This document shows positions 37,020 to 50,753 of a DNA stretch of 64,000 nt, in pieces; the stretch's first letter is position 1; every line of letters begins with the position of its first letter. The stretch comes from Camelus ferus (Eukaryota): positions 49,912,001 through 49,976,000 of the forward strand of contig NC_045696.1 in assembly GCF_009834535.1 (NCBI RefSeq), written 5' to 3'. The notes under the pieces were generated by a model. The model did not search any database. It worked only from the letters and a program-made list of their open reading frames with translations, and was not told the origin of the DNA. The position numbers were made by a program, and so were the translations under genes.

Positions 37020-40000
37020 GGGGTCCAAGATGGTGGCATAGGAAGACCCTAACCTCAGCACTTCCCATGGACACATTGAATCTATACCTACATACAGAGA
37101 AACTCCTTCTGAAGAAGAACTGAAGGCTGATTGAACAGTTTCTGCACAATAAATGCCAGAAGGACTACACAGAGGTGGGTCGGGGAGATGGAGACGTGGT
37201 ATCGATGGGAACCCTATTCCTGATGCAGTGACCTGCAGGAGGGAGGGAGACCACTGGGATGCCCATGCACAGACTTATCCTCTCTGGGGCACAGTAATAA
37301 AAACAGCAGTTTAAAGTGCATCTAGACAGTATGTGAAGGAAATCCATTTACTAACCCGGGAACACCTGCCAAATGGGTGGGGAACAGTTGGAACAATCCT
37401 CAGGGTCAAAGGCACAGGAAAGCACCGTTTTTTGCATTCCCCTTCCACCTTGGTAGCACAGGTGGGAACGCAGACCAGGTGCTGCGGCCAGCCTGCCAAC
37501 GTTGCCCTTATGTGCCCCATGTCCATAGAAGCTCCAGCCATCCCCTGAAGGCAACACCAGAAAGGTGCATCCTGGGACCCCACCGCTTCCCCCACAAGTC
37601 TACCTCAGCTGCAGCCATCCCACCAAAGCTGCGTAACACATACAATCTACTCAGAGGACATACTTACATAAGGCCATGACTTCCAGACCGAGAGAGGTAG
37701 CTGTTTTGCCTAATTCATAGAAACAAACACAGAAAGTCAAACAAAATGAGGAGACAGAGCAATGTTCCAAAAGCTTTCAAGATAACCCCCCACCAGATAA
37801 AAATCCTAATAAAATATAGGTAAGAAATTTATCTGATAGAGTTCAAAATAATAATCATAAACATGCTGACCTAACTTGGGAGAACACTAAAGGAACACAG
37901 TGAAAACCTCAACAAACTTGGAAAATGTAAGAAAGAATCAATCAGAGCTGAAGAATGCTATAACTGAAATAAAAAATACACCAGAGGGAATCAACAGCAG
38001 ATTAGACGACAGAGGAAAAGATCAGTGATCTGGAAGACTGGAGAGCAGAAATCACCCAATCAGAACAGCAAAAAGAAAAAAGTATTTTTAAAATAAGAAC
38101 TGTTCAAGGGACCTCTGAAAAAAAAAATCAAGAGTACTATCATTCACATTATAGGAGTCCCAGAAGGACAAGAGTGAAGGGAAGGGGCAGAAAATGTATT
38201 TAAAAAAAAAAAAAAAGGCTGAAAACTTCCCTAATCTTAAGAAGGAAATAGACATCCAGGTCCAGGAAGCTCAAATAATCCCCAAAAAGATGGACCCAAA
38301 GAGATCCACACCAAGACATTATAATTAAAATGGCAAAAATTAAAGAGAGAATTTCAAAGGCAGCAAGAGAAAAGCAGCCAGTCACATACCAGGGAGCCCC
38401 TAGAAGACTGTCAGATGACTTTTCAACAGAAACTTAGCAGGCCAGAGGGGAATGGCATGAATAAAAGCACCGAAAGGAAAAATCTTACAACCAAGAATAC
38501 TCTACCCAGCAAGGTTATTATTCAGAACCAAAGGAGAGAGAAAATTTCTCAGACAAGCAAAAACTAAAGGAGTTTATCACACTAAACTGGCACTACAAGA
38601 AAGGTTTAAGGGTCTCCTTTAAGCAGAAAAGAAAAGACCACAACTAGAAATAAGAAAGTATATGAAAGAAAAAAAACTCACTGGTAAAGGCAAATATATA
38701 TTAAAGCCAGTGAATCAGCCACTTAAATAACTAATATGAAAGTTAAGAAACAAAAGTAGTAAAATCAACTATAATTACAGTAAGTATTTAAGGGATACAC
38801 AGAGTAAAAATGTAAAATATGATGTCAAAAATGTAAACGTGGTAGGAGGTAAAAATGTCGTGCTTTTATAATGCATTCAAACATCAGCAACTATCAGCTT
38901 AAAACAAACTTAGATACACATATATCTCATGGTAGCCATCAACCAAAGTCCCACAGCAGAGACTCGGAAAAGAAATAGAAAGGAATCCAACATCACACTA
39001 AAGAAAATAATCAAACCACAAAGAAAGAAACAAGGGAAGAAGAAACAGAGAAGAACTATAAAAACAATCAGAAAACAATGAACAAAATGGCAGTCAGCAT
39101 ACCTATCAATAATCACTTTAGTTGTAAATGGACTAAACGCTCCAATCAAAAGACACAGGGTGGCTGAATGGATAACAACAAAAATAGAAAAAGACCCATC
39201 TATATGCTGCCTATAAGGGACTCACTTTAGATCTAAAGACAGACACAGACTGAAAGTGAAAGTATGGAACAAAAATCCTCAACAAAATGTTAGCAAACCA
39301 AATTCAATAATACATTAAAAAGATCACACACCATGGTCAAGTGGGATTTATTCCATTAATTCAATATCCACAAATCAATCAGTGTGATACATCACATTAA
39401 CAAAATGAAGGCTAAAAAATCATACGATCAACTCCATAGATGCAGACAAAGCATTTGACAAAATTTAACATGCATTCAGAATAAAAACTCTCAACATACT
39501 GGGTATAGAGGAAATGTACCTCAACATAATAAAGGCCATACACATCAAACCACAGCTAACTCCTACTCAATGACAAAAAGCTGACCTCTTTTCCTTTAAG
39601 ATCAGAGACAAGACAAGGATGCCCACACTCACCACTGTCATTCAGCCTCATATTGCAAGTCCTAGCCCAGCAACCAAACATGAAAAAGAGATAAAAGGCA
39701 TGCAAATTAGAAGAGAAAAAGTAAAATTATCACTCTCTGCAAATGACATAATACTATATATATATCTCTAAAGACCACCAAAAACTCTTAGAATTAGTAA
39801 ATGAATTCCATAAAGTTGCAGGATACAAAATTAATATACAGAAATCTGACACATTTCTATATATTAATGGTAAACTATCAAAAAGAGAAATTAAGAAAAC
39901 AACTGTATCAAGAAGAATATAATACCTAGGAATAAATCGCACCCAGGAGGTAAAAGACTTGTACTCTGAAAACTGTAAGACATAGATGAAAGAAATTGAG

Positions 40001-41684
40001 GACAACACACACACACAAAATGGAAAGATATACTAAGCCCATGGCTTGGAAGAATTAATATTATTAAAATGTCCATACCACTCAAAGCAATCCACAGATT
40101 CAATGCAATTCTTATCAAAATACCAATGGCATTTTTCACAGAGCTAGAATAAATTATCCTAATGCTTGTATAAAACCACAAAAGATGCAGAGTAGCCAAG
40201 GCAATCTTGAGAAGGAAAAACAAAGCTGGAGGTATCACACTCCGTGATTTCAAACTCTATTACTATAATAGCACTATGGTACTGCTACTACAGTGGCTGC
40301 TGTACTGGCCCTTATCAAAAAGACAACAAATAACAAATGTGGAGAAAGGGTACCCTCTTGCACTATTGGTGGGATTGTCAATTGGTGCAGCCACTATGGA
40401 AAACAGTATGGAGGTTCCTCAAAAAATTTAGAATATAACTACCATATGATCCAGGGATTCCACTCCTGGGTATTTATCTGAAGAAAACAAAGACTCTAAT
40501 TTGAAAAGATACATGAAACCCAGTGTTCACTGCAGCATTACTTACAATAGTCAAGATAGGGAAGTAACCTAAGTGTTCCTTGGCAGATGAATGGATGAAG
40601 AAGATGTGGAATATGTATATACAAAGAAATATTACTCAGCCAGAAAAAGAATAAAATCTTGCTATTTGTAATGACATGGATGGACCTAGAGGGTATTATG
40701 CTAAGTGAAATAAATTAGAGAGAGAAAGAGAAATACCATGTGATTTCACTTACATGTGGAATCTAAAAAACAAAACCCTTAGAAACAATAAGTGTTACAT
40801 ATATGTAGATTAAAAAATCTATGTGCAGTTAAAAAAAAAAGAAATGAGCTATCAAGCCATGAAAGACATGGAAGAAACTTAACAGACATATTACTAAATG
40901 AAAGAAGCCAGTCTGAAAAGGCTACAAACTGTACAATTCCAACCAAATGACATTCTGGAAAAGCACAGCTACAGAAACAATAAAAACATCGTGGTTTCCA
41001 GGGGTTTGGGGAGAGGGAGAGAGAGAGGAATGAATAGATGGAGCACAAGGGACTTTTAGGGCAATGAAATTATTCTGTATGATACTACAGTGGTGGCTGT
41101 ATGTCATTATGCATTTGTCAAAGCCCATAGAATGTACAACATCAAGAGTGAACCCTAATGTAAACTGTTGACTTTGGTTGATAACAATGTATCCACATTG
41201 GCTCATCGATTGTACAAAATATGCCACACTGATGAGGGATGTTGAGGGTAGGGCAGTATATATGTGTGGGGAGGGCTATGTGTGAACTCTGTATTTTCTG
41301 CTCTATTCTCTGTGAACCTGAAACTGCTCTAAAAAAATAGTTTAAAAAAAACCCAGAAATCTTAAAGGACAATAAAAGTGAACAAACAATAACAAAACAT
41401 AAGCAGACCCATACAGAGAACAAACCGGTGGTTATCAGAGGGGAGGAGGTGGAGGGATCAGTAAATAGGTGAAGCAGATTAAGAGGTACAAACTTCCAGT
41501 TATAAAATAAGCAAGTCACGGGGACGTAATGCACAGAACAGGGAATACAGTGACTAGTATAGTAATGACTGTGTGGTGACAGCTGGTAACTAGACTTACC
41601 GTGGTGATCACTGTGAAACGTATAAAATATCAAATCACTCTAACATAACATTGCAAGTCAATAACACCAATAAAATTTCAAAAA
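37020..41684 (+). mobile_element. Decayed L1 with both ends, internal deletions and a nested L1; in GCSAM intron 4, antisense to the gene
   Basis: 5' end gggtccaagatggtggc. ORF1 remnant from about 37747. ORF2 start at 39087 (...NGLNAPIKRHRVAEWI). RT remnant KILNKMLANQIQ...QVGFIP. 3' UTR and A-rich tail. Degenerate TSD at 37007-37019 and 41685-41699. Confidence 0.92.
40820..41350 (+). mobile_element. L1MC-like 3' end nested in the 3' UTR of the larger L1
   Basis: gaaatgagctatcaagccatgaaagacatgg...gaaagaagccagtctgaaaaggctac...aactgctctaaaaaaatag interrupts the host 3' UTR, which resumes at about 41385. Confidence 0.75.
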
Positions 41685-42568
41685 AGAAAAGGCTCTGTGA
41701 GCTTCTGCACTAGGGGCCTTATTTCCACCATGTTTTGCTCTGGTGGAGACCAGGGATTCCTGGCACCCACAACTCCCCTGGGTGAAATGACTACGGGTGG
41801 GAGGGCTGTATTATTTATTTACACGCCTACATGGCTGGTTTTTAAGATTCAGGGTTCATAAACAAGGCTCTCCTCTTTAAACCTAAGAAGGCACAGGCAA
41901 AACTCAGTTGTTTTTCTTTAGAAATGCAGCGGCCTGTCCGCAGGCCTGTACTTTCTTTGTTTCCTCTCTTACCTACGGCTCTATTCACCACCCTCTCCTT
42001 CGAATTCCCTTTCCTTAACTTCAGCCCTGTTCCATCACCAGAGACCATGGCATCGGCCTCCTAAGTGGTCTTCCAGCCCCTGCTCTTGCCTCTCCCTACT
42101 GCAATTTGTTCTCCACACAGCAAACAGGGTGATGTCTTTAATGCAAATGTGAGCGTACTTGGCCCTTGTTTAAAGCCCTTCAGTACCTCCTGTGGTTCTC
42201 AAGACAAAAACTTCAACCTTAAACTTGGCTTTAAGGCTCTGCCCCTCCTCTGTGCATCCTGTGTCCACGCTGGCCTCCTCACAGTTTCTTATAGGTGCCT
42301 CACACCCCCACCTTTTGCTTTTATTGTCTCATTTAACTCCTTCAGCCTCAGGGACTAACAGAAGGATACAAAGATCACCAAGCCAGTTCCTCCCACACTG
42401 AGCTCCCAGTCTAGTGGCCAAACAGACATGCAATCAGACAAACTACAGCAAAATGTGTTAAGTATTATCCTAGACAAAATATGCCCAAGGACCTTTGTGA
42501 GCACAGGGAAGGGGCAGCTCGGAAATAAAAGTGTCAAAAGTAAAAATGATGTGAAAGCAATAACTTAC

Positions 42569-42615
42569 TTTGCTTTGGGGAATCTTGTCTTGCTTTAAAA
42601 ATGTGCATTTTTTTC
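42569..42615 (-). CDS. GCSAM: GCSAM exon 4
   Basis: ttttacAG acceptor. (W)KKMHIFKARQDSPKQ. Donor gtaagt, 47 nt, phase 2-1. Confidence 0.9.
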
Positions 42616-43147
42616 CTGTAAAAGAAAAGGAAAGGAAATTGGTTGCTCCAGTATTCAGAAACTCAAAGGACGTGACACTCAACTGTACAAACTTATTTTT
42701 ACCTACTTGTTAAAGTTATAGGCCTTTTGTGATACCCCTTAGAGCACAGAAAAGAAGATTAAAAAGGAAAAAATGAAAGACAAGGTCAAGTAGAAATCTA
42801 CTCCTTTGTGTTTCTCTCCCTCTTTCTCTTTCCTTCTCCTTTTTCTGAGGCTGATACGGAATTGATTTATAGACGGAGAACTATAGTGATGTTATGGGTA
42901 ACTTTTTTGGATTTTTTTTTCTGATAAAAATATCAATTTATTTTATAGCAATGAGTTAAGGAGGTATTGTTATATCCAATCCCAATCCCAACCCCAATCT
43001 ATGATACCCAAGCAAGCACCCGCCACTCTCCCCATGTGAGCACAGAGGTAACTACACTATAGAGATAACCCCCGGAAAAAAACACAGTATAAATATGAGG
43101 GAAACCTGTTGTCATTTCAGGAGACAAGGATGACATCTGCTCTAAGG

Positions 43148-43287
43148 AGAATGACCATGTGTCCTGGTTGGCACAGACAGTCTAGTTAATGTCGTTATCA
43201 ATCACTTGGTGACCCTTAATTATTTTTAGCCTCCTTTTCACTCACAAATGTTTCCTAGTTTGGACAATGAATTATATAATCATCCTA
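43148..43287. mobile_element. Possible MER94 (hAT-Blackjack) fossil
   Basis: Degenerate TIR-like ends agaatgaccatgtgtcctggtt...ataatcatccta. Confidence 0.4.
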
Positions 43288-43626
43288 GCTATACGTTCTC
43301 TGTGCAAGGGACAGAAATGCGTGCTTCCTAAAGGCAGACTCTGAGATCTGCAAGTGATTAGTGGTCTTTCTCTCCATGGGTAGCCAGTTTCATCCTTGCT
43401 TCCGAGGCTTTCTCATTTGAAGAATGAGTACCACTCATGAGACTACTGTTCCTGTTTCTTACCAACTTGGAGCATCGCTTCCCTGACTGACTCTCAGACA
43501 ATGGTGTCTGGGTTAGTGACAGGCTTCTACTGTCACAGGCAGCACTGTGGTCACAGACAGAGGGGAGTTCACAGATAACTTACACGCAGTTGGGGAAAGA
43601 ACTCTGGAAGACAGTTCTCCACTCAC

Positions 43627-43671
43627 CACGGAAGGCAGAAACACCCTTCAGCGAAGTGGCAGTCCCAGCGT
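43627..43671 (-). CDS. GCSAM: GCSAM exon 3 (GCFC palmitoylation region)
   Basis: attttAG acceptor. (R)RWDCHFAEGCFCLP(W). Donor gtgagt, 45 nt, phase 2-2. Confidence 0.92.
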
Positions 43672-45923
43672 CTAAAATACCCAAGAGGTGACAAATCACA
43701 AGTTTAGTTTCTGCAGCTTGGTTAGGGTGACTCCCTTCCCTTTCTCATTTCTGTGAAAAAAGCTTTTTTCCTCCAGGAGAAAATCTGTTCTAGGCGACTT
43801 GGACGCGTCTATCATACTAGAATGCCTTTGTCCTCCCAGGACATAAACTGGCCCTTTGGAAGGACGAAGATGACATTATCAACTCTCAATCAGAGAAGGA
43901 ACTTTCTGCTGTATTCCTAGCAAAAGAAAGAGGCTTGTTCACCCCCAACTCCAGTTATTTATTCATCTTGAGATGAAGAGCACATAAGAGTTATCTCCAG
44001 GAAATCAAGGTATGTTTGTTTTAGAAGTTTCTTCCAGGCACTGGGTAGGCAATATTTACATGATTCCACTGCATCTGAATTTCTCCTATTTACACTATCA
44101 TGTCTGCTCACTTGTCTATATCCTACACTAGAATGTGGGCTTCACAAGGTCGGGAAACCATATTTATCTGTTCATCATGGTATATATCGCTAGCCTGTGC
44201 CATTTTCCAGTAAGTACTTGATAAATGAAGGAGTAGCCCTGAACAGATCAACTCTAACCGGCTCAGATCATCATATGCCACCATCTTGACCCCAAGGTAC
44301 AGCTATATAAAAAGGATTTAATGGCAGAAAGGCTCAGGACCTCTCTGCATTCAGACACCTAGGCTGAAGTCTAAGTATCATTGTGGGCATCTTTCTGAAT
44401 TGACACAGAGTTAACTACCTACACGGTTGAACAGGAAAGCCTTTTATAAAGTACTGCATGTACCAGTAACACAATATACAAATGCTTGGAAAACACCATC
44501 CAGAAATATCTCCCCCAGTGAGCTGTTTCAGGAAGTTCTCTTGGAGAGGACAATGGAGGAGAGGCTGGGGCATGTGACCTTGGCTGTGGGTGCCAACGTG
44601 GCTGAGTGCCCGGACAGCCTCTGGGGTCCGTGTGCCATTGGAGCCTTTGGGGCTGAGAGGCATGGCTGGTTCTCTCTCCTCTTCAGACTATATTCTGATT
44701 TCTTTAACCCATTTGCTTACACTTCCTATTTCTGTGGCTAAAAAAACACCAGGAGGACACTATTAAATCACAACAATGTTAAGAAATTAGGTTCTCTGAG
44801 CAGATATGGGTGTGAGATAAAAGATGATTTTGAGTTACTGGATTGATACCTCTGGACTCCCTGAGCCACAGTTTATGTATGAAATGAAGATTCCTACGCT
44901 GCTTACCTCATGGAGTTGTAAGGGTCGAACAAAGTTAAACATGGGCAAAAGCTATTTTTAAACTGGTTATTTCCTCCACTCCACCTTTCTGCAATATATT
45001 CTTGCATTTCAATTTGGATGTTTTGGTCTAGGGTAGGTTCAGACAACCTCCATAAAGGAGGCCAGGTGATTCTCTATGACAGCAGACTATGTTACCAGCA
45101 ATTCCAGGTTCCTGTCTCTTACACAGAGCTTCCCTGGCCCCTCAGTCTCCCCAGTCCTTCTTTTGTTATAATGCCCTCCCAGTCTGTTTCATCATTTGGA
45201 CTGTGTACCTTAACATACATCCAATACCCCTCAAATGCATGATCCTTAGTTTGCACAGAAGAAAAGCACTCTGCTGGGAGGGATCTCTAGGTTCCCAGCT
45301 CCTAACACCGGCTTTGGCCCTGTGGTCACTTTTTAATTGATGCTCTTTCAAGAACTTCTCCTGAAACCATGGGGAAGTGCACATAACCCTTCAAGCTACA
45401 GAACAACTGACTTTGCCAGTCTTTGGTATTCTTGGATTCAGGGGCCCTTGTTCCATATTGTAGTGATTTCCTGGACTCAAAAAGCCTGGTCAGAAAGGAT
45501 TGATGGGGCAGGTTTTGTTGAATAGCATCAGGGTATTCACAAGCGCCTCTCTCCACAAACCTTTTAGCAGTTGTAGCCATGTAGGGGATGTGGTTACCTC
45601 AGAAATAGAAACTTAGAACTCAATGTGAAATGGCCAGGATGGAGCTGGAGCACAAAGGTACTTGAGACAAACAAGCAGAAAGCAGATCCTTATTTACAGT
45701 TGCCAGGGGTTGCACTAGGTTCCTAGCAAAATGGCACATCTCCTGCCCAAAGGTTCAAAGTGTTTTACTCTTTTGTCTTGTCTTCACATTTACTATCATT
45801 ACGACCTCTGCTAGGTCTGGTCTGAGCAGGGTCCTCTGTTGCAGGGTGTGCGATTCCAGGACCCGACAGACTTCACTCGTCATGGGCAAAGGCTGGGGGA
45901 AGTTTTGTTGGATTTGCGCTCAC

Positions 45924-45992
45924 CTGGATGTTCTCTGCTGGTGGCTTTGATTCCTCAGATTCCAGGGTAGCTCTTGAGTGTTCTGGTGCCAC
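45924..45992 (-). CDS. GCSAM: GCSAM exon 2
   Basis: ttctAG acceptor. (K)WHQNTQELPWNLRNQSHQQRTS(R). Donor AG|gtgagc, 69 nt, phase 2-2. Confidence 0.9.
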
Positions 45993-48762
45993 CTAGAACT
46001 CCACACACAGGGAACCAGCCAAGTCTTTCCTTTTCCACCTCTCGTTGTAAGTTTTCCAACTGCCCTCATTTCTGCTGCTCATGCGGAACCCCCAAACTGC
46101 CTCGGCTTCTCCTTCTTGCTCTCCCACCTCTTAACGTGCCCTCGATCTATCCTCAGTCTGTCCTTGATTTGACCTTCTCTTCATTTCCATAGCAACAGCC
46201 CCTCAACGTTCTCCAGCAACCGCCATCTACAATCAGTTGTAAACCATTTGTTCCCAAACGTCCAGGAATCCTCGCTGATGACCCTGAGAACATTAATGCC
46301 TAGAAAAGGCCATCTGCCTGGCGCAGTTTCAGGGACTGTGCACAGGAATGGGGAAGGGTACTGGCCTTGTCTCATGTGAATTGCTATTTTCACAAAAGCA
46401 CCAAAGCAGAGAACATGGGACAAAAGGGGAAGAATTAAATAAAGAAAACGAATTGGTTCATTGTTTGAGTTGGATTTTTGTATAACTATCTTTTTATTTG
46501 TGGGGAGTCTAGGGTATAGACAAAAAGAAACTAAAAATGACACACAACTTACCATGTACTTACTAAGTATATATGCACACACACTATAAATACTCACTAT
46601 TATACATCAATACTGCTTACTATACATATTACTTACTAGAAGTAAATAACGTACAGTTTCTATGCTATATTTCATTTAATCCCAGAATAAATCTATGAGG
46701 TAGATATTATGATTCTACTTCTTACCGTTGAAGAAACTGAGGTTTAAAAAGTTAGACGACTTGTCTGAGGACAAGTAGGTGGGGGAGCTGAGTTTGCTTC
46801 TGGCAGTTGCCTTCCTTCTCTAAGACTCGGAGCACCTCTCAGGAAGGGGTAGGTGCCATTCTGCCTGATGGGGGGAATTGCCTGGGTTTTTGTAACAAAT
46901 TTGATCTGGAGAGACATGGTTGGGGTGGGGATGCTAGTTGGATGATAACCAGGTGGCAGGGGTGAAGTTAAAAATCAGATCCCAGTAAATATAAGACTTT
47001 TGAATATATAAAGGGAGACAATTTAAATCAGCATAGAAATGAAGACGCTGAGCCAACAGATTAACAATGTGGAAGAAATATATATTTTTATCTGACACCA
47101 CATTTGAATGTATGGTGCTAAATGTAAAGCAATAAAACCATAAAAATTATGTTGTGGATTTGTCTTATCTTGGGATGGGAAAAGAATTTTAAGCATAAAT
47201 TGGCAGAAACCATAAAGCTTTCAAGAGCTAATTCAATTATGCTTAAAATATGATAAGAAAAAACCAAAAATTCTGGGAGGCACAAGACACGCAGAATGGA
47301 AAAATATTTTTCATGATATTTAAGAGAAAGGACTACTTTTTTCAAAGTACAAATAGCTCTTACTACCAATAAGACAAACAACTCTCTTATCAATAAGACC
47401 AAAATCCAAAGCAAAAGTGGGCGAAAGATAGTACTGGCTCTTCACAAAGGAAGGAATACAAGTGGCTGATAAACACAAAACAGTAAAATAAAGCTAGTGC
47501 TCCTAATGGTATCAGTAGCTATAACTGTGACTCCCCAGTTTATTTTATTTTCTTGTTAATACTTTATGTATTTTCCAGTTTCTTTTACAACTAACATGTA
47601 TTAATGTCACAATCCTTCACCTCATACCAAAGTTCTAAGAAGCAAAATTACAATTGTGACACCAATCATAACTTTCGCAGTCACATCATATCGGGATTTT
47701 GTTTTATTTTTCAAGACAGTTATTATTTATGATTCCAATCATTCATCCAGCACTTATTGAAAGCCAACTGTATGCCAGAAATGATGCTAGGAAACAGAAA
47801 TTCGAAGATGAATAAGGGTCTCACATCTAGACATAAAAATAGGGGTTTATATAGAGGAATGCTAGATTTGCAGTCTGACAAACCGCCGTGAGGATCTGGG
47901 GAGAAGTCTCAGACAACACTGACCCTCATGAGGTCTAGGATACATCCTGTGGGTTTGCCAATCTTCCTTTTGGCAGGTGGCATTTTGGATTCTGTGTCTT
48001 AGCTCCCAGTGACATGAGCTGAGCTCTGGGACAACAAACACAATCCTGTATAGATTCCTGCCCTCCACCCGCTACGCTAGCTCATTCTGTCTAGACCAGT
48101 TCGCTTCATACTTGAGAAATTCCCCTGTTTTGGGTGATACTAACTTTTACAATGGCTGCTTTGATGTTAATGAAGATGATGGTCCAAAAAATAGTATCTT
48201 CTAATTATTGAACTTTACTATGTATCACACACACACTAGAACCCTCCAATGTAGCTATGGTGTTATTATTTCCATTAAAAATGAGGAAACTGAGGTCAAG
48301 AAAGGCCAAGTTCTCTACCGATTTCAATGACCTCTGCTTACCTGTTGCAGAGAGTGTGCACCAGCCAAGGTCTATGTTATCAAGGAGCTTGCTATTTATT
48401 TAATAGAACTTTAATAGCAACTAAAAGTGTGGTGATGTCTTTGAGCACTCTGTGGGGCATTAAGAGCTCAGGAGAGCATCCCCTCCATGCCCCAGAAAGC
48501 TGTCCCATTTCTTAGGTGGTAGTGTACTGCACAGACCTCCCTTGATAAAGTCCTTCTGCGTTCCAGCTGTTCTCTACGAGCTGCTCACTATGATTCTGAG
48601 GAGAAAGCCAACCTACAAGGAATTGAACATGGTGTCTGGCACATAGTAGGCACTTCATTCTCATTAGTCCCTTACCCAATTGCCTTCTCCCAAGAGCAGA
48701 TCTCTTTTTCTCTTTCTGCCCTACCCATCTCCTCTGCTTCCAATTGGGAAGTCTGTACTCAC

Positions 48763-48791
48763 TTGTTTTCCCTCAGCAGAGAGTTCCCCAT
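48763..48791 (-). CDS. GCSAM: GCSAM exon 1 coding part (myristoylation start MGNSLL)
   Basis: aggATGG Kozak context. MGNSLLREN(K). Donor AA|gtgagt, 29 nt. Confidence 0.93.
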
Positions 48792-49120
48792 CCTCTCAGT
48801 CCTCCTGGTGCCTTCCCCCAGCCTGCCCTGTGCCCTGACAGCAGCAGCTCCTGACTCAGAGACGGGGCTGCGTTGCTCTGGCCACCGGTGCAGAGAGAGC
48901 TGAATGCAGAAGAGTCTCCCTCTGCAGAGGGGAGGGGAGCCCAGAGGGAGGAGATTCAGAAAAGTCACATGCACCACTTCCTAAAATATCAGAGGCTGAA
49001 AGAACCGGGTTATTGCCCTTAACCAGAAGCCATTCGTCAATGAGCAAATGGGGAAGCCCTGTCTGCATTTATAAACAGGCCCTGAGGGTTTTTAATTTCA
49101 GATGCCTTAAGCTTATTAAA
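48792..49120 (-). promoter_or_regulatory. GCSAM 5' UTR and proximal promoter
   Basis: Unique sequence between the ATG and the upstream L1. ETS/PU.1-type AGGAAGTG on the minus strand (cacttcct, 48975-48982). TSS not determinable. Confidence 0.5.
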
Positions 49121-49179
49121 CCACTTTGTAGACCTAGAAACGTCAGAGAGGGGAACTTTGTTTTTAAAACAAAAAAGCT

Positions 49180-50105
49180 TAACACAAAAGTCAAGCCACA
49201 GACCAGTGGAAAATATTAGCAAACACATTGATAAAAAGACTTTTATCCAAAGTGTATAAAGAACGCTCAGAACTCACTAAGGATAAAACAAATATCCAAT
49301 AATAAATGGACAAGATATTTGAACAGGTATTTCATCAAAGAAAATGTACAATTGACAAATAAATTCATGCAAAGATGCTCAACACCATAGTCATTAGGAG
49401 AATGTAAATCTAAACCGCAGTGCAGTATTTTTTGCACACTTACTGGAATGGCTAACACTGAATAAAAAACAAAAACTCATAATACCAAGTGCTGACAAGG
49501 GAAGCAGAGCATCTGGAAGTCTTACCGCTGGGAATGCAAAATTGTTCAGCCTCTTTGGAAAACAGTACGGCAGTTTCTTATAAAATTAAATACAACCTGG
49601 CCACCCCACTCCTAGGCATTTACCCAAGTGAAAAAGAAAATTGAGACTTCTAAGAACCTGTATGCATATATTTGTAGCTGCTTGACTCACAATTGCCATC
49701 CCCTCAAACCCTGGAAATAACCCAAGTGATCTCAAGTAGTGACTGGCTAAACAAACTATATCACATCCACACAATAGGATCCTGCCCAGTAATAAAAAGG
49801 AATGAGCTACTAACATATACAGTGGCATGGGTGAATGTCAAAGCGTTATGCTGAGTGAAAGAAGCCAGACTTAAAGCCTACTTTTTGTGACATTCAGGAC
49901 AAAGTAAAACCATAGGGACCTAAAACACATCAGTGGTGGCCAAGAGGAGGGTGGGAGGGGTTGACCTTCAAGGGTCGGGAGGGAATTTTTTTGTTGTTCT
50001 GTATCTTGTGGTGGTGGTGACGTAACTGTATATGTTTCTCATAATTCATAGATCTGTATACCAAAAAGAGTGTGTTTTACTGTACATAAATTATATCTCA
50101 ATAGA
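49180..50105 (+). mobile_element. Old L1 (L1MB/MC-like) ORF2 end and 3' UTR just upstream of GCSAM
   Basis: aagatgctcaacaccatagtcattagg, ccactcctaggcatttacccaag, atgctgagtgaaagaagccagac, aaattatatctcaat. Confidence 0.85.
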
Positions 50106-50753
50106 AAGAGGTTAAGAAAAGAAAGAAATGAACTTAGGGGCAGAAATTGTGGATTTTTAGAATTATTCTTATAGTTGATGGTTAGTTTCAGTTTGGTCAC
50201 ACATGTGTTCCTTCATTCCTTTAACAAGGATATGCTGAGTGCCTGCTGTATGCTGGCCACCGTGAGTTCAGCAGTGAACAGAGCAGATACAGGCCTGCCT
50301 TTGTAGAGCTCCTTGAAGTGGAACAAAGTGCAAAAGACTTTATGGCTTGTCCTGGAGTAATACAGAGGTCACACTCGCGACAGGCAGGGCCACTTGGGGA
50401 GGCAGTTTAGAAGAAGGAGCGTTAGAGAAATTGGGTACCAGTTGTGCAACACCAGACCCATCACGCAGCAAGCACCCTGGGCCCTGCAGCCGCTCTCCAG
50501 ACTTCAGGCTGCCTCTATACGGGATTACCAGGAGCACGTTATTTCAGATGGGCCAAAAGGCAGACACCCCTTGCCTAGGAGAAGGTATTCTGGAGTGAGG
50601 GGGGCCTGTGACAGGGAAAGGAGGGTAATGCCAACCTAGGAGGGCTTGGTGCTTGAATCAAAATATGTTATTACTTATAATTTATAATGTAATATTTACA
50701 TTTTAGTACTGTCAGTACAAATACAAATGAAAAATAAGAAGACTAATTCTGTC

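Noticed and set aside
38200..41633. Several ORFs within the large L1
   Set aside because: Fragments or antisense frames of a decayed retrotransposon with stops and frameshifts; not an active element.
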